This document shows positions 38,427 through 49,466 of a DNA stretch of 64,000 nt, one piece after another (positions within the stretch are counted from its first letter, which is position 1; every line of letters starts with the position of its first letter). The notes under the pieces were generated by a model. It worked only from the letters and a program-made list of their open reading frames with translations. It was not told the DNA's origin and ran no database searches. The stretch is from Myxococcota bacterium (lineage in GTDB: Bacteria > Myxococcota_A > UBA9160 > UBA4427), in NCBI GenBank assembly GCA_965250285.1, contig OZ252299.1, positions 5,472,001 to 5,536,000 on the forward strand, read 5' to 3'. The position numbers and the translations under genes were made by a program.

Positions 38427-38520
38427 AGCTCGGCGGCGGCCCGTGTCGTCGGACCGCGCCGTGATAGCATCGTGACATTCGAGATGGTCTGATCCACCAA
38501 GCCGGATCCACGGGAGTTCG

Positions 38521-39027
38521 ATGCTCGACGCGCTCGGCAACATCGGTGACTTCATCGGGGGCATCGCGGTCGTGGTGACGCTCGTCTACCTGGCTGTGCA
38601 GGTGCGACAGAACACGCGCGCCGTCGATACGGCGAGCCGACAGGAGATCGTCGCCGGCTTCAGGTCGCACAATCGTCTCTATCTCGAGCCCGGGGCCAGC
38701 AACGCGTTCACGGCCGGCATGCGTCGCTATCCCGATCTGCCGCAAGAGCAGCTGAATCTGTATACGGCGATCCAGACCGATCACGCGCTCTTCTTTCAAG
38801 GGGCGTTCGCTCTGCACGAGGCCGGCACGCTCGAAGACGAGACCTACGAGGCCTATCTCGCCTACTTCTGCGCCTCGATCGCGACGCCCGGGGGCGCCCG
38901 GTGGTGGTCGGAGATCGGTCCGATCTTCACGCGGCGAATGGCCGAGGCCGTCGACCGTCGGGTCGCGGCGGGCGGGTTGGCCGACCTGCGCTCGCTCGAA
39001 ACGTTCCGCGAGCCGCTGGCCCCCTGA
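38521..39027 (+). CDS. 'TL.YLA.QIR' family protein
   Basis: LGNIGDFIGG..TLVYLAVQVRQN; TPGGARWW. Confidence 0.88.
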   Translation: MLDALGNIGDFIGGIAVVVTLVYLAVQVRQNTRAVDTASRQEIVAGFRSHNRLYLEPGASNAFTAGMRRYPDLPQEQLNLYTAIQTDHALFFQGAFALHEAGTLEDETYEAYLAYFCASIATPGGARWWSEIGPIFTRRMAEAVDRRVAAGGLADLRSLETFREPLAP

Positions 39028-39228
39028 CCGATCGGCGAGCCACGTCGCCTGGCGGCCGCGGTTCTGGCCTGGCCTGCCCGCGCCCTCGGCCGATCTCAAC
39101 GGCAGCGCACGGCGCTCCCCATCTGGCGTAGACTCGCCGCAGAACGGGATGCTTGCGTCGTGCAACGCCCGAGCTGCGCGGTCGCACGGTCGCGTCTGCG
39201 CGAATCACCGACCGTGCTGGAGCAACTC

Positions 39229-39909
39229 ATGAGATCCGTCCTGGTCGCCCTCGCGATCCTCGTGCTCGTGCCGGCCTCGGTCGTTCACGCCGCCGACATG
39301 CCGATCTACGTGACGCCGCACTACGACTCGAACGGGCCGGTGGTGCGGGCGGGCGAGTTCAGCGACGGGCTCGCGACCACCGACCCGGCTGTGCTCGCTT
39401 CGACGCTCGCCGAGATGAAGGGCAGCTGGCCGACGCTGCAGGTCGCTCCGATGTACATCGCCGCGATCCGATCGTACGACCTCGGTGACCGCGACGGCGC
39501 CGTCTACTGGTTCTATGCGGCGCAGCATCGCGCGCGCGTCTTTCATGACGGGCTCGACCCCGAGAAGCTGGGGCCGATCGGGTCGCCCGCGTTCGAGCTC
39601 GACGCGGCGCACGGCGCCTTCTTTCAGCTCGCGGGCCAGTTCATCAACGGCTACGCGTTCTGCGATCTCGCGGCGCTCAAGCGCACGCTCGCGCAGGTCG
39701 TGTCGGATAGCGAGGCCACGCCCGACCTGACGAAGGCGTATCCCGATCTCACGTTTCAGGACGCGGCGCGCTTGAATGAGATCTCGGCCGAGACGTCGGC
39801 GGGGCTGCGGGGCTTCATCGACAGCCTCGATGCCGAGTATCCGGCGATCAAGGCCAAGCGAGATGCGTCGGGGGCCACGAAGCGATTCTGTGGGGCCGAT
39901 GCACCGTGA
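39229..39909 (+). CDS. Secreted hypothetical protein
   Basis: Signal peptide ending VHA. Confidence 0.8.
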   Translation: MRSVLVALAILVLVPASVVHAADMPIYVTPHYDSNGPVVRAGEFSDGLATTDPAVLASTLAEMKGSWPTLQVAPMYIAAIRSYDLGDRDGAVYWFYAAQHRARVFHDGLDPEKLGPIGSPAFELDAAHGAFFQLAGQFINGYAFCDLAALKRTLAQVVSDSEATPDLTKAYPDLTFQDAARLNEISAETSAGLRGFIDSLDAEYPAIKAKRDASGATKRFCGADAP

Positions 39910-40008
39910 GTCGTCGCAGCGCGTGCGATTCGACGGGCGCGGCGGATGTACTCGACGCCGGTGACGCCGAGGCGCGACCGATGATGACAGGCAACCGAGG
40001 TCAACGTC

Positions 40009-41139
40009 ATGCCTGATTTCATGAGCGATCAGGCGGTGGTGGAGCGGATTCTCTCGCACGTGCGAGCGGGCACGACCGACGCCGGCGACGACGTCTGGCG
40101 AGAGCCGGTCGAGCACTACCGCAGCGAGGCGCGGTTTCAGCAGGAGCTCGCGCTGCTGCGTCGTCTGCCCGTCCCCTTCTGCCCTTCGGCCGCGCTCCGC
40201 AAGCCGGGCGACTACGTCGCGCGCGAGGCCGCGGGCGTCCCCATCCTGGCCGTTCGTGGTGAGGATGGGCAGGTGCACGCCTACCGCAATGCGTGCCGTC
40301 ACCGCGGCGCCGAGGTGGCGAGCGGCATGGGCTGCACCAAGGCGTTCGTCTGCCCGTATCACGGCTGGACGTACCGGCTCGATGGCCGACTCGCGGGTGT
40401 GCCGCACGAGCGCGGGTTTCCCGAGATCGACAAGAGCGCACACGGTCTCGTGCCCGTGCTCGCCCAGGAACGATCGGGGATCGTGTTCATCACGCAGAGC
40501 GGCGAGCCGAGTGCGGACGATCCCGGTGAGGGGCTGCCCGATCTGATCGGCGCCGATCAGGATCTGATCGACACCCACGACAACGAAGCCGACTTCAACT
40601 GGAAGGTCTCGATCGAAGGCTCGATCGAGGGCTATCACATTCGCTACGGGCACCCCGAGACGTTCTATCCCTACGGCTACGACAACCTGAACGTGGTCGA
40701 GCACAGCGGCCGCCACAGCCGCGTGACCTTTCCCTTTCGCCGGATCGAGAAGCTGGCCGACGTGCCCGAGGCCGATCGGCGCATCGAGGGGCGCGTCACC
40801 TACGTCTATCACCTGTTCCCGAACGCACTGGTCACGGTGCTATCGCATCACACGATTCTGGTCGTGCTCGAGCCGATCGCGCCCGGCCGCACGCGCAACG
40901 TCGCGTACTCGCTCGCAGACACCGGCGGTGACCCGGCTGCGATCGAGAAGGCCAAGCGCGACGCCCGGTTCGTGACCGATACCGGCGCGCCCGAAGACCG
41001 AGCGCTCGCAGAGAGCATTCAGCGAAACATGGAGAGCGGTGCGAACGATCACTTCACGTTCGGTCACTTCGAGAGCGCGGTCATCCACTTTCACCGCAAC
41101 CTCCGGGCGGCGCTCGGCGAAGACGACGCGACCGCGTAG
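40009..41139 (+). CDS. Rieske non-heme iron oxygenase alpha subunit
   Basis: NACRHRG, CPYHGW, NWK...EGYH...H. Confidence 0.93.
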   Translation: MPDFMSDQAVVERILSHVRAGTTDAGDDVWREPVEHYRSEARFQQELALLRRLPVPFCPSAALRKPGDYVAREAAGVPILAVRGEDGQVHAYRNACRHRGAEVASGMGCTKAFVCPYHGWTYRLDGRLAGVPHERGFPEIDKSAHGLVPVLAQERSGIVFITQSGEPSADDPGEGLPDLIGADQDLIDTHDNEADFNWKVSIEGSIEGYHIRYGHPETFYPYGYDNLNVVEHSGRHSRVTFPFRRIEKLADVPEADRRIEGRVTYVYHLFPNALVTVLSHHTILVVLEPIAPGRTRNVAYSLADTGGDPAAIEKAKRDARFVTDTGAPEDRALAESIQRNMESGANDHFTFGHFESAVIHFHRNLRAALGEDDATA

Positions 41140-41253
41140 CCGGCCACGCCGACATCGAATGGTGTATCGTGCGTGGCGCCTCCGGCGCCGAGCCGAGAAG
41201 GGGCGCTTCGGCGCGTCGCGAAGCCGGCGAGCCACGATGCGAGAGCGCTTCAC

Positions 41254-41700
41254 ATGAACGTCACCGTGCGGATCATCTTGGCCTGTCTCGCCGGCATCGT
41301 CGCCGGCAGCGCGGTGAACATGGCGATCGTGACGATCGGGCCGATGGTCGTGCCCCCGCCGCCGGGCGTCGACGTGTCGGACGCCGAGGCGCTGGCCCGC
41401 GGCATTCACCTCTTCGAGCCACGGCACTTCGTCGCGCCGTTTCTCGCACATGCGCTCGGGACGCTGATCGGCGCCTTCGTGGCGTTCTGGGTCGTTCCTG
41501 CGCGCGGTCCCCTGGCTGCATTCGTGGTGGGCGGGTTCTTCTTCGTCGGCGGGGTGGCGGCCTCGTCGATGATCCCGGCGCCGGGGTGGTTCATCGCGCT
41601 CGATCTGCTCGGGGCGTACCTGCCGATGGCGTATCTCGGAGCCGTACTGGGGCGGCGCGCGTTGGGGGGCGGTGACGCGAGCGGGGCTGCCACCGATTGA
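41254..41700 (+). CDS. Membrane protein
   Basis: PFLAHALGTL, AYLPMA. Confidence 0.8.
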   Translation: MNVTVRIILACLAGIVAGSAVNMAIVTIGPMVVPPPPGVDVSDAEALARGIHLFEPRHFVAPFLAHALGTLIGAFVAFWVVPARGPLAAFVVGGFFFVGGVAASSMIPAPGWFIALDLLGAYLPMAYLGAVLGRRALGGGDASGAATD

Positions 41701-41852
41701 CGTTCGCGTGAAGGGGTTCGTGCGGCGCTGAGGCGACACCGTGCCGTGATACGTTTCGGATTCTCGCCCGCGCGGGATCGGCCCCCGCGCTTCGGCCCAA
41801 GCTGCTCGGGGCCTGGTTCGGGGGCCTGCGAACTTTGAGGCACGCCCCACCG

Positions 41853-42689
41853 ATGACGCAAACAACCGATCCGTCGAACCCGCCCTACGTGCTGGGGCAT
41901 GCCGAACGTGAGCTCGCTCGACTGCGCCACCAGGCGCGCCTGCTCGAGCCGGTCACGCGAAGCTATCTAGTCGCAGCGGGCGTGGGCCCGGGCATGCGCG
42001 TGCTCGATGTCGGCAGCGGCACCGGCGCGGTGGCCTTTCTCGCGGCCGAGATCGTCGGCGATACCGGCGAGGTGATCGGGACCGATACGGCGCCGACGGC
42101 GATCGCCGAAGCCACTGACGAGGCGCGCAGCCGCGGTCTTGCGCAGGTTTGCTTCGTCGAAGGCGACCCGGCCGAGCTCGAGTTCGAAGGCCGCTTCGAC
42201 GCGGTCGTCGGCCGCTACGTGCTGCCGTTTCAGGCCCAGCCCGCCGTGATGCTGCGCGGTCTCGCCCGGCATCTGCGGCCCGGCGGGCTGCTCGCCTTCC
42301 ACGAGCCCGACTTCGGCGGTGTGAGATCGCTGCCGCCCGTGCCGCTCTACGACCGCGCGTGTCGGTGGATCATCGACACGTCGGCGGCGAGCGGACAATC
42401 GTGGAGCTTTCTCGCGCGGGTCGCGTCGGCGTTCGCTGACGCGCAGCTGCCGGCGCCCACGGTGCGTATGCAGACGCTCGTCGCGCGGCCCTCGCACGCA
42501 GAGGAGTGGCTGACCGCCGTCGCGTACATGGTCGAGTCGCTGCTGCCCGCCATGGAGCGGCACGGCATCGCGACCGCAGAAGAGGTCGATCTGCCGACCC
42601 TGCGCGACCGCTTGAGTGAGGCGGTCACTGCTGCGGACGGCGTCGTCGTCGGGCGATCCGAGCTCGGCATCTGGGCGCGCGTTAACTGA
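41853..42689 (+). CDS. Class I SAM-dependent methyltransferase
   Basis: GMRVLDVGSGTG, FDAVVGRYVL. Confidence 0.9.
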   Translation: MTQTTDPSNPPYVLGHAERELARLRHQARLLEPVTRSYLVAAGVGPGMRVLDVGSGTGAVAFLAAEIVGDTGEVIGTDTAPTAIAEATDEARSRGLAQVCFVEGDPAELEFEGRFDAVVGRYVLPFQAQPAVMLRGLARHLRPGGLLAFHEPDFGGVRSLPPVPLYDRACRWIIDTSAASGQSWSFLARVASAFADAQLPAPTVRMQTLVARPSHAEEWLTAVAYMVESLLPAMERHGIATAEEVDLPTLRDRLSEAVTAADGVVVGRSELGIWARVN

Positions 42690-42823
42690 GGCACGTCTCG
42701 GACGGGTTTCAGACGCGGTTTCGTGTCGTATGGGGTGAACGCCTGCGTGATAGACTCGAAGGCACGGGTGGAGCTGTGTGTCAATCCGTCTGCTTCCGCC
42801 CCTCGCATCTGGAGGAGCCCTGC

Positions 42824-43138
42824 ATGCCCGATTCACTGTGGATGGGCCTCATGGCTTTGTCGCTGCCTCTGGGCATGATCGGGCTGTTCGTGCTCTGGAT
42901 GCAAGCCGGCAAACGAGGCGGGGTCTTCAAGTGGGCGTTCGTCGCGATCATCGTCGCGTTGATGTCGCTGATGATGTACGACGCTGCACACGATGTCGTC
43001 CGTCTAGCATCCGGAGATGCAACCACACGGTTCGGGGGCGGCTTCGGCGTCGTTCTCGACTTTCTGTGCGCGTGGTCGATGGGCCCCTTCATGGTCTGGG
43101 CCGTCACCGTGCGTGGGGTCTATCCGCCGTCGACGTAG
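42824..43138 (+). CDS. Small membrane protein
   Basis: GGAGGAG SD; three TMs. Confidence 0.75.
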   Translation: MPDSLWMGLMALSLPLGMIGLFVLWMQAGKRGGVFKWAFVAIIVALMSLMMYDAAHDVVRLASGDATTRFGGGFGVVLDFLCAWSMGPFMVWAVTVRGVYPPST

Positions 43139-43350
43139 CGGGTGCCGGGTCGGGTTCCGTCGGGTGTGCGGATCGAGCCCGAACCGCTGAGCCGGGCTGT
43201 CGCGCGGCGAGGCAGAGAGGTCGGCGTCGCGACACCGACGAACGGCTTCATCTGCGCTTCGCTGAAGCCGTGGCTCGACGGAGCGCCCGCGCTCGCACCG
43301 GGTGCGTGAGCCCGTCACACGCCGCGGCAGCCTTCCACGGCGGCCCCGGC

Positions 43351-43827
43351 TTGGGAGATCATCCACTGGGCGAATTCAGCGTGTCGTCGACTCTGGCCAC
43401 ATCGCCTTCGGCCTTGTGGCAGCACGCCGTGAGTCCTTCGGGCGTGAATCGCGAGTTTCGTCCGCTGCTGCGGATGACCTTTCCGCCGCACGTCACCGAT
43501 CTCACCGCAGGCGCCGAGCCGGGCCGACGGCTCTTTCGAAGCTGGATGCTGCTCGGCGGCGTCGTACCGGTCGAGTACGACGATCTCGCCTTCGAAGAAG
43601 TCGAGCCCGGCCACCGCTTTCTCGAGCGGTCTACGCTGCTCTCGCAGCGCGCATGGCAGCACGAACGCATCGTCGAACCCGTGGGCGACGGAGCGCGGCT
43701 CACCGACCGGGTCTCGTTCGCACCGCGGGTGTCGTGGCTCGATGGCCTGTATCGCGTCGTGTTTCTGGCCATCTTTCGCTGGCGGCACCGAAACGTGCGC
43801 GCGCTCTTTGGTGAGATCGAAGAGTGA
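43351..43827 (+). CDS. SRPBCC/polyketide cyclase-like protein (start uncertain)
   Basis: GVNRE..P.LRMT, WQHER, FRWRH. Confidence 0.7.
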   Translation: MGDHPLGEFSVSSTLATSPSALWQHAVSPSGVNREFRPLLRMTFPPHVTDLTAGAEPGRRLFRSWMLLGGVVPVEYDDLAFEEVEPGHRFLERSTLLSQRAWQHERIVEPVGDGARLTDRVSFAPRVSWLDGLYRVVFLAIFRWRHRNVRALFGEIEE

Positions 43828-43985
43828 GAAGACCCGCTGCTTCGAAGGGATGGGCTCGGCGAGCGGCCAGCGCATGATCGAACTCGCACGCTGGGCTGGT
43901 CGTCGCTCGCGCTTGCAAGGCGCCGAGAAGCCGGTCTGGCCTGCTCGGCGCTGCATCTGGCCGATCGTGGCGGCAGCCGGCGGGG

Positions 43986-44414
43986 CTAGCTCGATTCGTC
44001 CGGGCCCGGCGGACGCCCCTCGAACGCGGGCAGGTCACCCCGAATCTCGTGCCAGACGGCCTTCTGTTCGATGAACGCGTGGCGAAATTCGCGGGTGCCC
44101 GGGTCGTCGTCGAGGACGCCGGGGTTGAGGATCACGAAGCCCGAGCCTTCGATCTCGACCGGGAGCGGTGAGCCGCAGCGGTCGCAGAACGAGCGGCGAT
44201 AGGCCGGTGGCGTGTCGAGCAGCGGCGCTTCGTAGGTGCGCACGCGCTCGCGGCCGCGCACCCACGTGAAGCCGGCGGCCGGTGCGAGCATCTCGGGCGA
44301 AGCAGCGCTGCCCGTCGCTTTTCGGCATCGCGTGGCATGACACAGTTGGATCGGCGTAAGGTCACCTTCGACGGCGAACGCGACGTCTCCACACAAGCAG
44401 CTGCCCTTCACCAT
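43986..44414 (-). CDS. GFA family protein
   Basis: GSCLCG, CH..RCRK, FCDRCGS. Confidence 0.88.
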   Translation of the reverse strand: MVKGSCLCGDVAFAVEGDLTPIQLCHATRCRKATGSAASPEMLAPAAGFTWVRGRERVRTYEAPLLDTPPAYRRSFCDRCGSPLPVEIEGSGFVILNPGVLDDDPGTREFRHAFIEQKAVWHEIRGDLPAFEGRPPGPDESS

Positions 44415-44624
44415 GCGACCCCTCCTGGTGGCGGTCATCGTGGCACGGCTGCGCGGGTCGCGCTCGGGTGGGCCGGTGGGGGGGCGGCGCCGTCGACGCC
44501 AGAGAGACCGGCGGCGCCTTCTGCCTGCACCCGTGCGTGATAGACTTCGTTTCGGTCACCGGTTGCCAGCGTCGATGCCAGAGGGGCGTTCGCTGGTGAG
44601 CGACGTTCATCGGGCGGATGCATC

Positions 44625-45107
44625 GTGGGGGCAGGGCCGGACTCGATCGATCCGGAGGGGGTCCTCGACGGGATCCGCTGGGGGGCGGTCGTCTTTGGCG
44701 TCGTCGTCGACCTCGCCGCGAGTCTCGTCGTGACGATCCCGATGCTGCTGATCCTGGCCGGCCCCGATGCGTTCTCGGAGAACGAAGCCATCGCGCAGGC
44801 GGCGCAGGCGCAGGCGCTCGAGTCGGATTTTGCGACGTTGGTCGGGGTCGTCGTCGGTCTCTTCTGCACCGTGATCGGTGCGTTCGTCGGTGCACGCCGC
44901 GCGGCCTGCCACTTCGTTCGCCACGGCGGCTGGATCGGCGTCGGGTCGCTCGTGCTCGGTGTCGCTCTGATCGCCATGCTGCCCCCCGAGCCGGCGTCGC
45001 CGCTCTGGGCCGACATGACGAGTCTGCTCGGGATCGTGCCCGCCGGCATGGCGGGCGGCCTGCTGGCGGCGTTCGTCAGCGGTGATGTGGATGAACGCGC
45101 CGACTGA
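44625..45107 (+). CDS. Membrane protein
   Basis: Four hydrophobic segments. Confidence 0.75.
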   Translation: MGAGPDSIDPEGVLDGIRWGAVVFGVVVDLAASLVVTIPMLLILAGPDAFSENEAIAQAAQAQALESDFATLVGVVVGLFCTVIGAFVGARRAACHFVRHGGWIGVGSLVLGVALIAMLPPEPASPLWADMTSLLGIVPAGMAGGLLAAFVSGDVDERAD

Positions 45108-45167
45108 CAGCGGCGTCTGGTGCGTGGGGCCGCGTCGCCCACGCCTGTTTCGACCGCGAGGGGCGTC

Positions 45168-45536
45168 ATGGAAGCACCCGAACATGTGACCGGGCTGAGC
45201 CTCGAATGGACGGGTCGTCATCACTCGGCCCAGGGCGACTTCGGCGATCTGTCGACCCATACGGTGACCTACGAGACCGACACGACCTGCTACGTCACGT
45301 CGGAGGGGCGACTCGTCGGCGAGGCGACCTACGTGTACGAACGGCTCGACGAGCAGGTCGGGGTCTGCATCTATCGGCCGAAGGTGTGGCAGGGCCGCAC
45401 CGACGCCGTGCTGCACGCGATCTTCAACTTCGCCGAGATGACCGATCGCGCCGTCGTGACGTCGGGTGGCCGCCCCTTCGCCGTCGCCGACGGGCGACTT
45501 CGGAGCGTGCCGACGCCGCCTCGCCCTGCCGATTGA
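45168..45536 (+). CDS. Hypothetical protein
   Basis: Plausible soluble ORF. Confidence 0.7.
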   Translation: MEAPEHVTGLSLEWTGRHHSAQGDFGDLSTHTVTYETDTTCYVTSEGRLVGEATYVYERLDEQVGVCIYRPKVWQGRTDAVLHAIFNFAEMTDRAVVTSGGRPFAVADGRLRSVPTPPRPAD

Positions 45537-45548
45537 GGGTCTGTGCAG

Positions 45549-46214
45549 ATGACCTCGATTCCTTCGGCTGCGCTCTGTCTCGTGGCCGGCCTCATCGTGG
45601 GGTCAGCGTGCCTGGTCGCGCAGGGGCCGCTGCCCGGTGACGTGGGGGTCACGCACCTGCTTCAGGCGGGGCTCGGCGATGCGCCGCGCTGGGCGACATG
45701 GCTGACGAGGACCGCGAAGGCGCCGCTCGTGCTCGCGACGCTCGTCGTGTCGGTTGGGCTCGCGTTCATGCGAGGCGGACGCCGGGCCGCGGTCTTGCCC
45801 GTTGTGACGATCATCGCCGTCTACGGGCTCGATCCCCTGCTGCGTGCGGTCGTCTTCGCGCCCAAGCCGAGCGCCGACCTCGTCGCCGTGGCTGCGGCGA
45901 GCACGTCGTCGGGCGTGCCTTCGACGTTCGGTCTCGTGTACGGCGGGCTCTTCGGTGCGGTGTGCGCGACGCCGAGCGCGGGCACGGCGATGGCGAAGCT
46001 GGCGTCGGGGCTGAGCATCGTCTCGATCGTCGCGGGAGCGGCGGCGCGCATCGTGCTCGGCGGTCACTGGCTGAGCCAGCTCGTCGCGTCGGTGCTGCTG
46101 GCGTTCGCGCTGGTGCTCGCTCTCCAGGCCGCGCTTGGCGCCGTGGGCTTCGGTGTCGAGGCGGGGCCGGCGCCTGCCGAGTCGTCGGAGCCATCGGGTC
46201 GCCACCGCGAGTAG
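45549..46214 (+). CDS. PAP2-like membrane protein
   Basis: KP, PS, ARIVLGGHWLS motifs (degenerate). Confidence 0.7.
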   Translation: MTSIPSAALCLVAGLIVGSACLVAQGPLPGDVGVTHLLQAGLGDAPRWATWLTRTAKAPLVLATLVVSVGLAFMRGGRRAAVLPVVTIIAVYGLDPLLRAVVFAPKPSADLVAVAAASTSSGVPSTFGLVYGGLFGAVCATPSAGTAMAKLASGLSIVSIVAGAAARIVLGGHWLSQLVASVLLAFALVLALQAALGAVGFGVEAGPAPAESSEPSGRHRE

Positions 46215-46401
46215 CCCGCGGCGGGACCACGCGGTGGCGGTGCAGTGGCCGCGTGGAGCACGAGTCTTGGTTCGAGCCGAACGGGCCGCCTCGAGGCCGG
46301 GCGGTGCGCAGTTGCACCGCGGGCCCGTGGTAGCATCGAGCAGCTGATTCGAAGCGAAACGGGGCGGCACGGCGCCGACCCGCGCTCGACTTCGATCGCC
46401 C

Positions 46402-46929
46402 ATGGATGGAGCCGTGCGCGAGCTGCCGCCGCCCGAAGACGACGTCGACCGCAAGATCCTGGCCGATGTCGAGCGTGATGGCTGGCACGTGGTCACGGTG
46501 CCCGGGGGCGCGACGACGCCGGGCTGGGCGTACTCGATCGGGCTGCAACGCACGTTTTCTCACCCCGAAGTGATCCTCTTCGGCCTGCCGGTCGATCCCA
46601 TGCATCGCATGGTCGACGTGATCGGGGATGCGATTCGAGCGGGCGCGCGGTTCGACGCCCACTCGACCTCGACCGAGATCCTCGAGGGCTACACCTGTGC
46701 CTTCGAGCCGGTCGCCGCGCCTTGGTACGAGGTGTTCCTCGGCTACGCGGTCTGGTTTCACCAGGGGGTCGACTTTCCGGTCGTGCAGTGCCTGTGGCCC
46801 GATCAGGACGGGGCCTTGCCGACCGACGAGCGGTTCGATGCCGATCTGCTCGATCTGCAGCCGCTGCTCTGGCACACGACGGCCGAGGCCGCCCGGGCCG
46901 AAGCGATCCTGCACTCGATCGATCTCTAA
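46402..46929 (+). CDS. DUF4262 domain protein
   Basis: WAYSIGL...HPEVILFGL, QCLWPD..G.LP. Confidence 0.85.
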   Translation: MDGAVRELPPPEDDVDRKILADVERDGWHVVTVPGGATTPGWAYSIGLQRTFSHPEVILFGLPVDPMHRMVDVIGDAIRAGARFDAHSTSTEILEGYTCAFEPVAAPWYEVFLGYAVWFHQGVDFPVVQCLWPDQDGALPTDERFDADLLDLQPLLWHTTAEAARAEAILHSIDL

Positions 46930-47122
46930 CGTTCGCGGCGCACACGCGCCTCGCGCCGAGCCAATGCGCGTCGGCTGGCCGAGCCAATGCACTGAGCGTC
47001 GCCTTCAGCGAGGCTCGGCTCGCAGTCGGTTCCGGTGCCACGCACGGTGCGTTCGGTCTGCGGCGCGTCGTGATCGCTTCGCGTCGTCCGCGCCGACAGG
47101 CGCTCGCGAGGTCGTGTCGAAC

Positions 47123-47700
47123 ATGCATCGCTCGGTGGCCTTCGTCTCTGCCGCGACGCTGCTCGTTGCGGGCGGGTTGCTCGTGGTCGACCGGGGAGGT
47201 CTCCTCGCGTGGCTCGGGGGCGTGCTGGGCGCGGGGCTACGCTCAAGGCCGCATTCCGACCGGCGCCGCGCGACGCGGTGTGGGCCGTCGCTGCGCTCGT
47301 TCTCTTCGGCGTCGCCTGGGGCACGGTCTGGTTCTACGTCGTGTCGACGTGGGAATCGGGTGAGGTGGTGCAGCTGACCCTCGCCGACAACCACGTCGCC
47401 CGCGTCTGGGTGCTCGACACCGAGGCGGGGCCGGCGATGTACTACGACGCACCCCCGCGCGTGGCCGAACTGCTGCTGGCGAGCGCACCGGTGACGATGA
47501 CGCGCAATGACGGCGACGTGCAGGGTTGCGCACGCGCTTCGCGCGTCGAGGCGCTGCCCGAAGCACGCGTGCAGCAGCTACTCGGTCGGATGCAGACCAA
47601 GTACGCGCATCGCAACACGGCGACCGCGGTCTACTATGCTCTTCTCGGCGTCAGGCGAAATCGCTTGGGCCTCGTGATCGAGATCGGCCCCTGCGACTGA
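47123..47700 (+). pseudogene. Membrane protein split by an apparent 1-nt frameshift near 47238
   Basis: MHRSVAFV...GVLGAGL continues hydrophobically only in frame TLKAAFRP... Confidence 0.5.
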
Positions 47701-47768
47701 CCCGACGACGGGCCACGCCGAACGCTGTGCGGTCCAGACCCTTCCACTTCAGATCGAAAGGATCTTCG

Positions 47769-48032
47769 ATGCGTCCGATGCTCGCGATCGCCGTCCTCGT
47801 CACCACGCTCGCGTTGAGCGCCCTCTGGCTCAGCCCGACTTCAGAGGCCGCCGTCGGCCCCTTCGGTGAGGCGAAGGTCAGGCTCTATTCGAACGGAGTG
47901 GTCGTCGGCGAGTGGCTCGCCGTCGGCCGCGGTCGCGTCGAGGGCGACACGTTCGTCTTTCCTGTGCGCAAGGGCTCGCGCGACATGGACGTGCGCATCA
48001 GCGGCACCTTCTCGTTCGAAGAGCAGCCGTAG
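47769..48032 (+). CDS. Small secreted protein
   Basis: Signal peptide; ISGTFSFEE end. Confidence 0.75.
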   Translation: MRPMLAIAVLVTTLALSALWLSPTSEAAVGPFGEAKVRLYSNGVVVGEWLAVGRGRVEGDTFVFPVRKGSRDMDVRISGTFSFEEQP

Positions 48033-48095
48033 TCGCCGCTCGACGCGGGGCTGCATCCGACGAGGCCGTCGAACCAGCCGCTCGCCGAACCGCCC

Positions 48096-49466
48096 TCAGG
48101 CTTCGAGCGCGTGGGGCGGCGCTGCCCTCGGGTCGAGCTCGATCGAGACGCCCGAGACGTAGCGGCCCAGACGCGCGTCGACCTCGTCCCGGTCGGCGCC
48201 GGTCAGCATCACGGTCGCTACGGCGTCGTACGTACCCTCCGGTCCGGCGACGATCTCGCCCTCGTGCTTGATGAGTTCGGCCGCGCACTCGTTCTCGAAC
48301 GGCAGATCGTGTGGCAGCGCCACGCGCGTGATCTGCGACCGGGCTCCAGCGAGGAAGAAGTGGAGCAGGGCCGAGGCCGCCGGCGTCTCGTAGCAGCGCA
48401 GGTCGATCGGTGAATCGACCGCGATCTTCAGCGTCTGCTCGACGATGTCGACGCCGTAGCAGGTCTCGATCAGAGGCAGAACCGCCTCGCCGTCGATGCG
48501 GGCGTTGATCTCGTAGAGCTGCGGCCCGCGGTCGGTCATGACGGCGTCGAGGTTCACCGGTCCATCCGAGAGGCCGAACGCCGTGACGACGTCTTCAGCG
48601 AGCATTCGAAAGGCATGCTGATCTTCCCAACCGAGGCGGCTCGGAAACGCGAGCGTCGCGTAGCGATGATCCGACGAAGAGACGCACTGACCATCGGCGA
48701 TCGCGAAGAACACGATCTTGCCATTCTGTACGAGCAGCTCGATGCCGACGCGGCCCAGGCCGAAGGGCTCGAGTCGGGCGGCCGGCGCGAGATACTCTTC
48801 GAGCAGGAAGTTGGCGTGCTGCTCCGAGAAGTCGTCGAGCAGACTCTCGACCAGCTCGGCGGGGATGCGCGTCTGGATCTCGTGCAGCAGCGCATCGAAC
48901 GTCGGGATGATCTCGGCTTTGGTCGCGACGCGCCGGGTGGCGATCGATCCGGCGCCCTGTGCAGGCTTGAAGAAGGCGGGTGTGGGGAACCAGCGCGCCG
49001 CTGCTTCGGCCTCGTGTCGGTCGTCGAGGTGTACGAACCGAGGCACGGGCAGCCCCTTCATCTCGAGGATCTCGCGCATCATCGTCTTGTCGCGGCAGGC
49101 GACCGAACCCCACACGCTGTGGCCACAGTAGTCGAAGTCTCTCTGGAGCCGAGCCGTTGCCTCGCTGCGCTCTTCGATGAAGGTCACGATGCCGTCGAGC
49201 GGCTCACGGTCGATGTAGTGCTGTACGGCCGTATGGCAGGCGGCCTCGTCGGTCGGATCGACGGGCAGCACGGTCTGTGCGTACGCGGCTGCATCCGACC
49301 GGGCACTGCCGAGCAGCACGACCTCGACACCCAGCTCGCTCGCCCGTCGCACATGACCGCTCCCGCGCCGAGGCCATTCGTCGTCGCTTACGCCGACCAC
49401 CAGGACTCGCTTGCCCGCGAGCACGTCACCATCATCGAAATCAGACATCATGTTCGTTCTCTCCAT
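48096..49466 (-). CDS. ATP-grasp domain ligase
   Basis: RDKTMMR, FFKP..GAGS, FLLEEYL, YEINAR; start overlaps upstream stop (TGATG). Confidence 0.88.
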   Translation of the reverse strand: MERTNMMSDFDDGDVLAGKRVLVVGVSDDEWPRRGSGHVRRASELGVEVVLLGSARSDAAAYAQTVLPVDPTDEAACHTAVQHYIDREPLDGIVTFIEERSEATARLQRDFDYCGHSVWGSVACRDKTMMREILEMKGLPVPRFVHLDDRHEAEAAARWFPTPAFFKPAQGAGSIATRRVATKAEIIPTFDALLHEIQTRIPAELVESLLDDFSEQHANFLLEEYLAPAARLEPFGLGRVGIELLVQNGKIVFFAIADGQCVSSSDHRYATLAFPSRLGWEDQHAFRMLAEDVVTAFGLSDGPVNLDAVMTDRGPQLYEINARIDGEAVLPLIETCYGVDIVEQTLKIAVDSPIDLRCYETPAASALLHFFLAGARSQITRVALPHDLPFENECAAELIKHEGEIVAGPEGTYDAVATVMLTGADRDEVDARLGRYVSGVSIELDPRAAPPHALEA

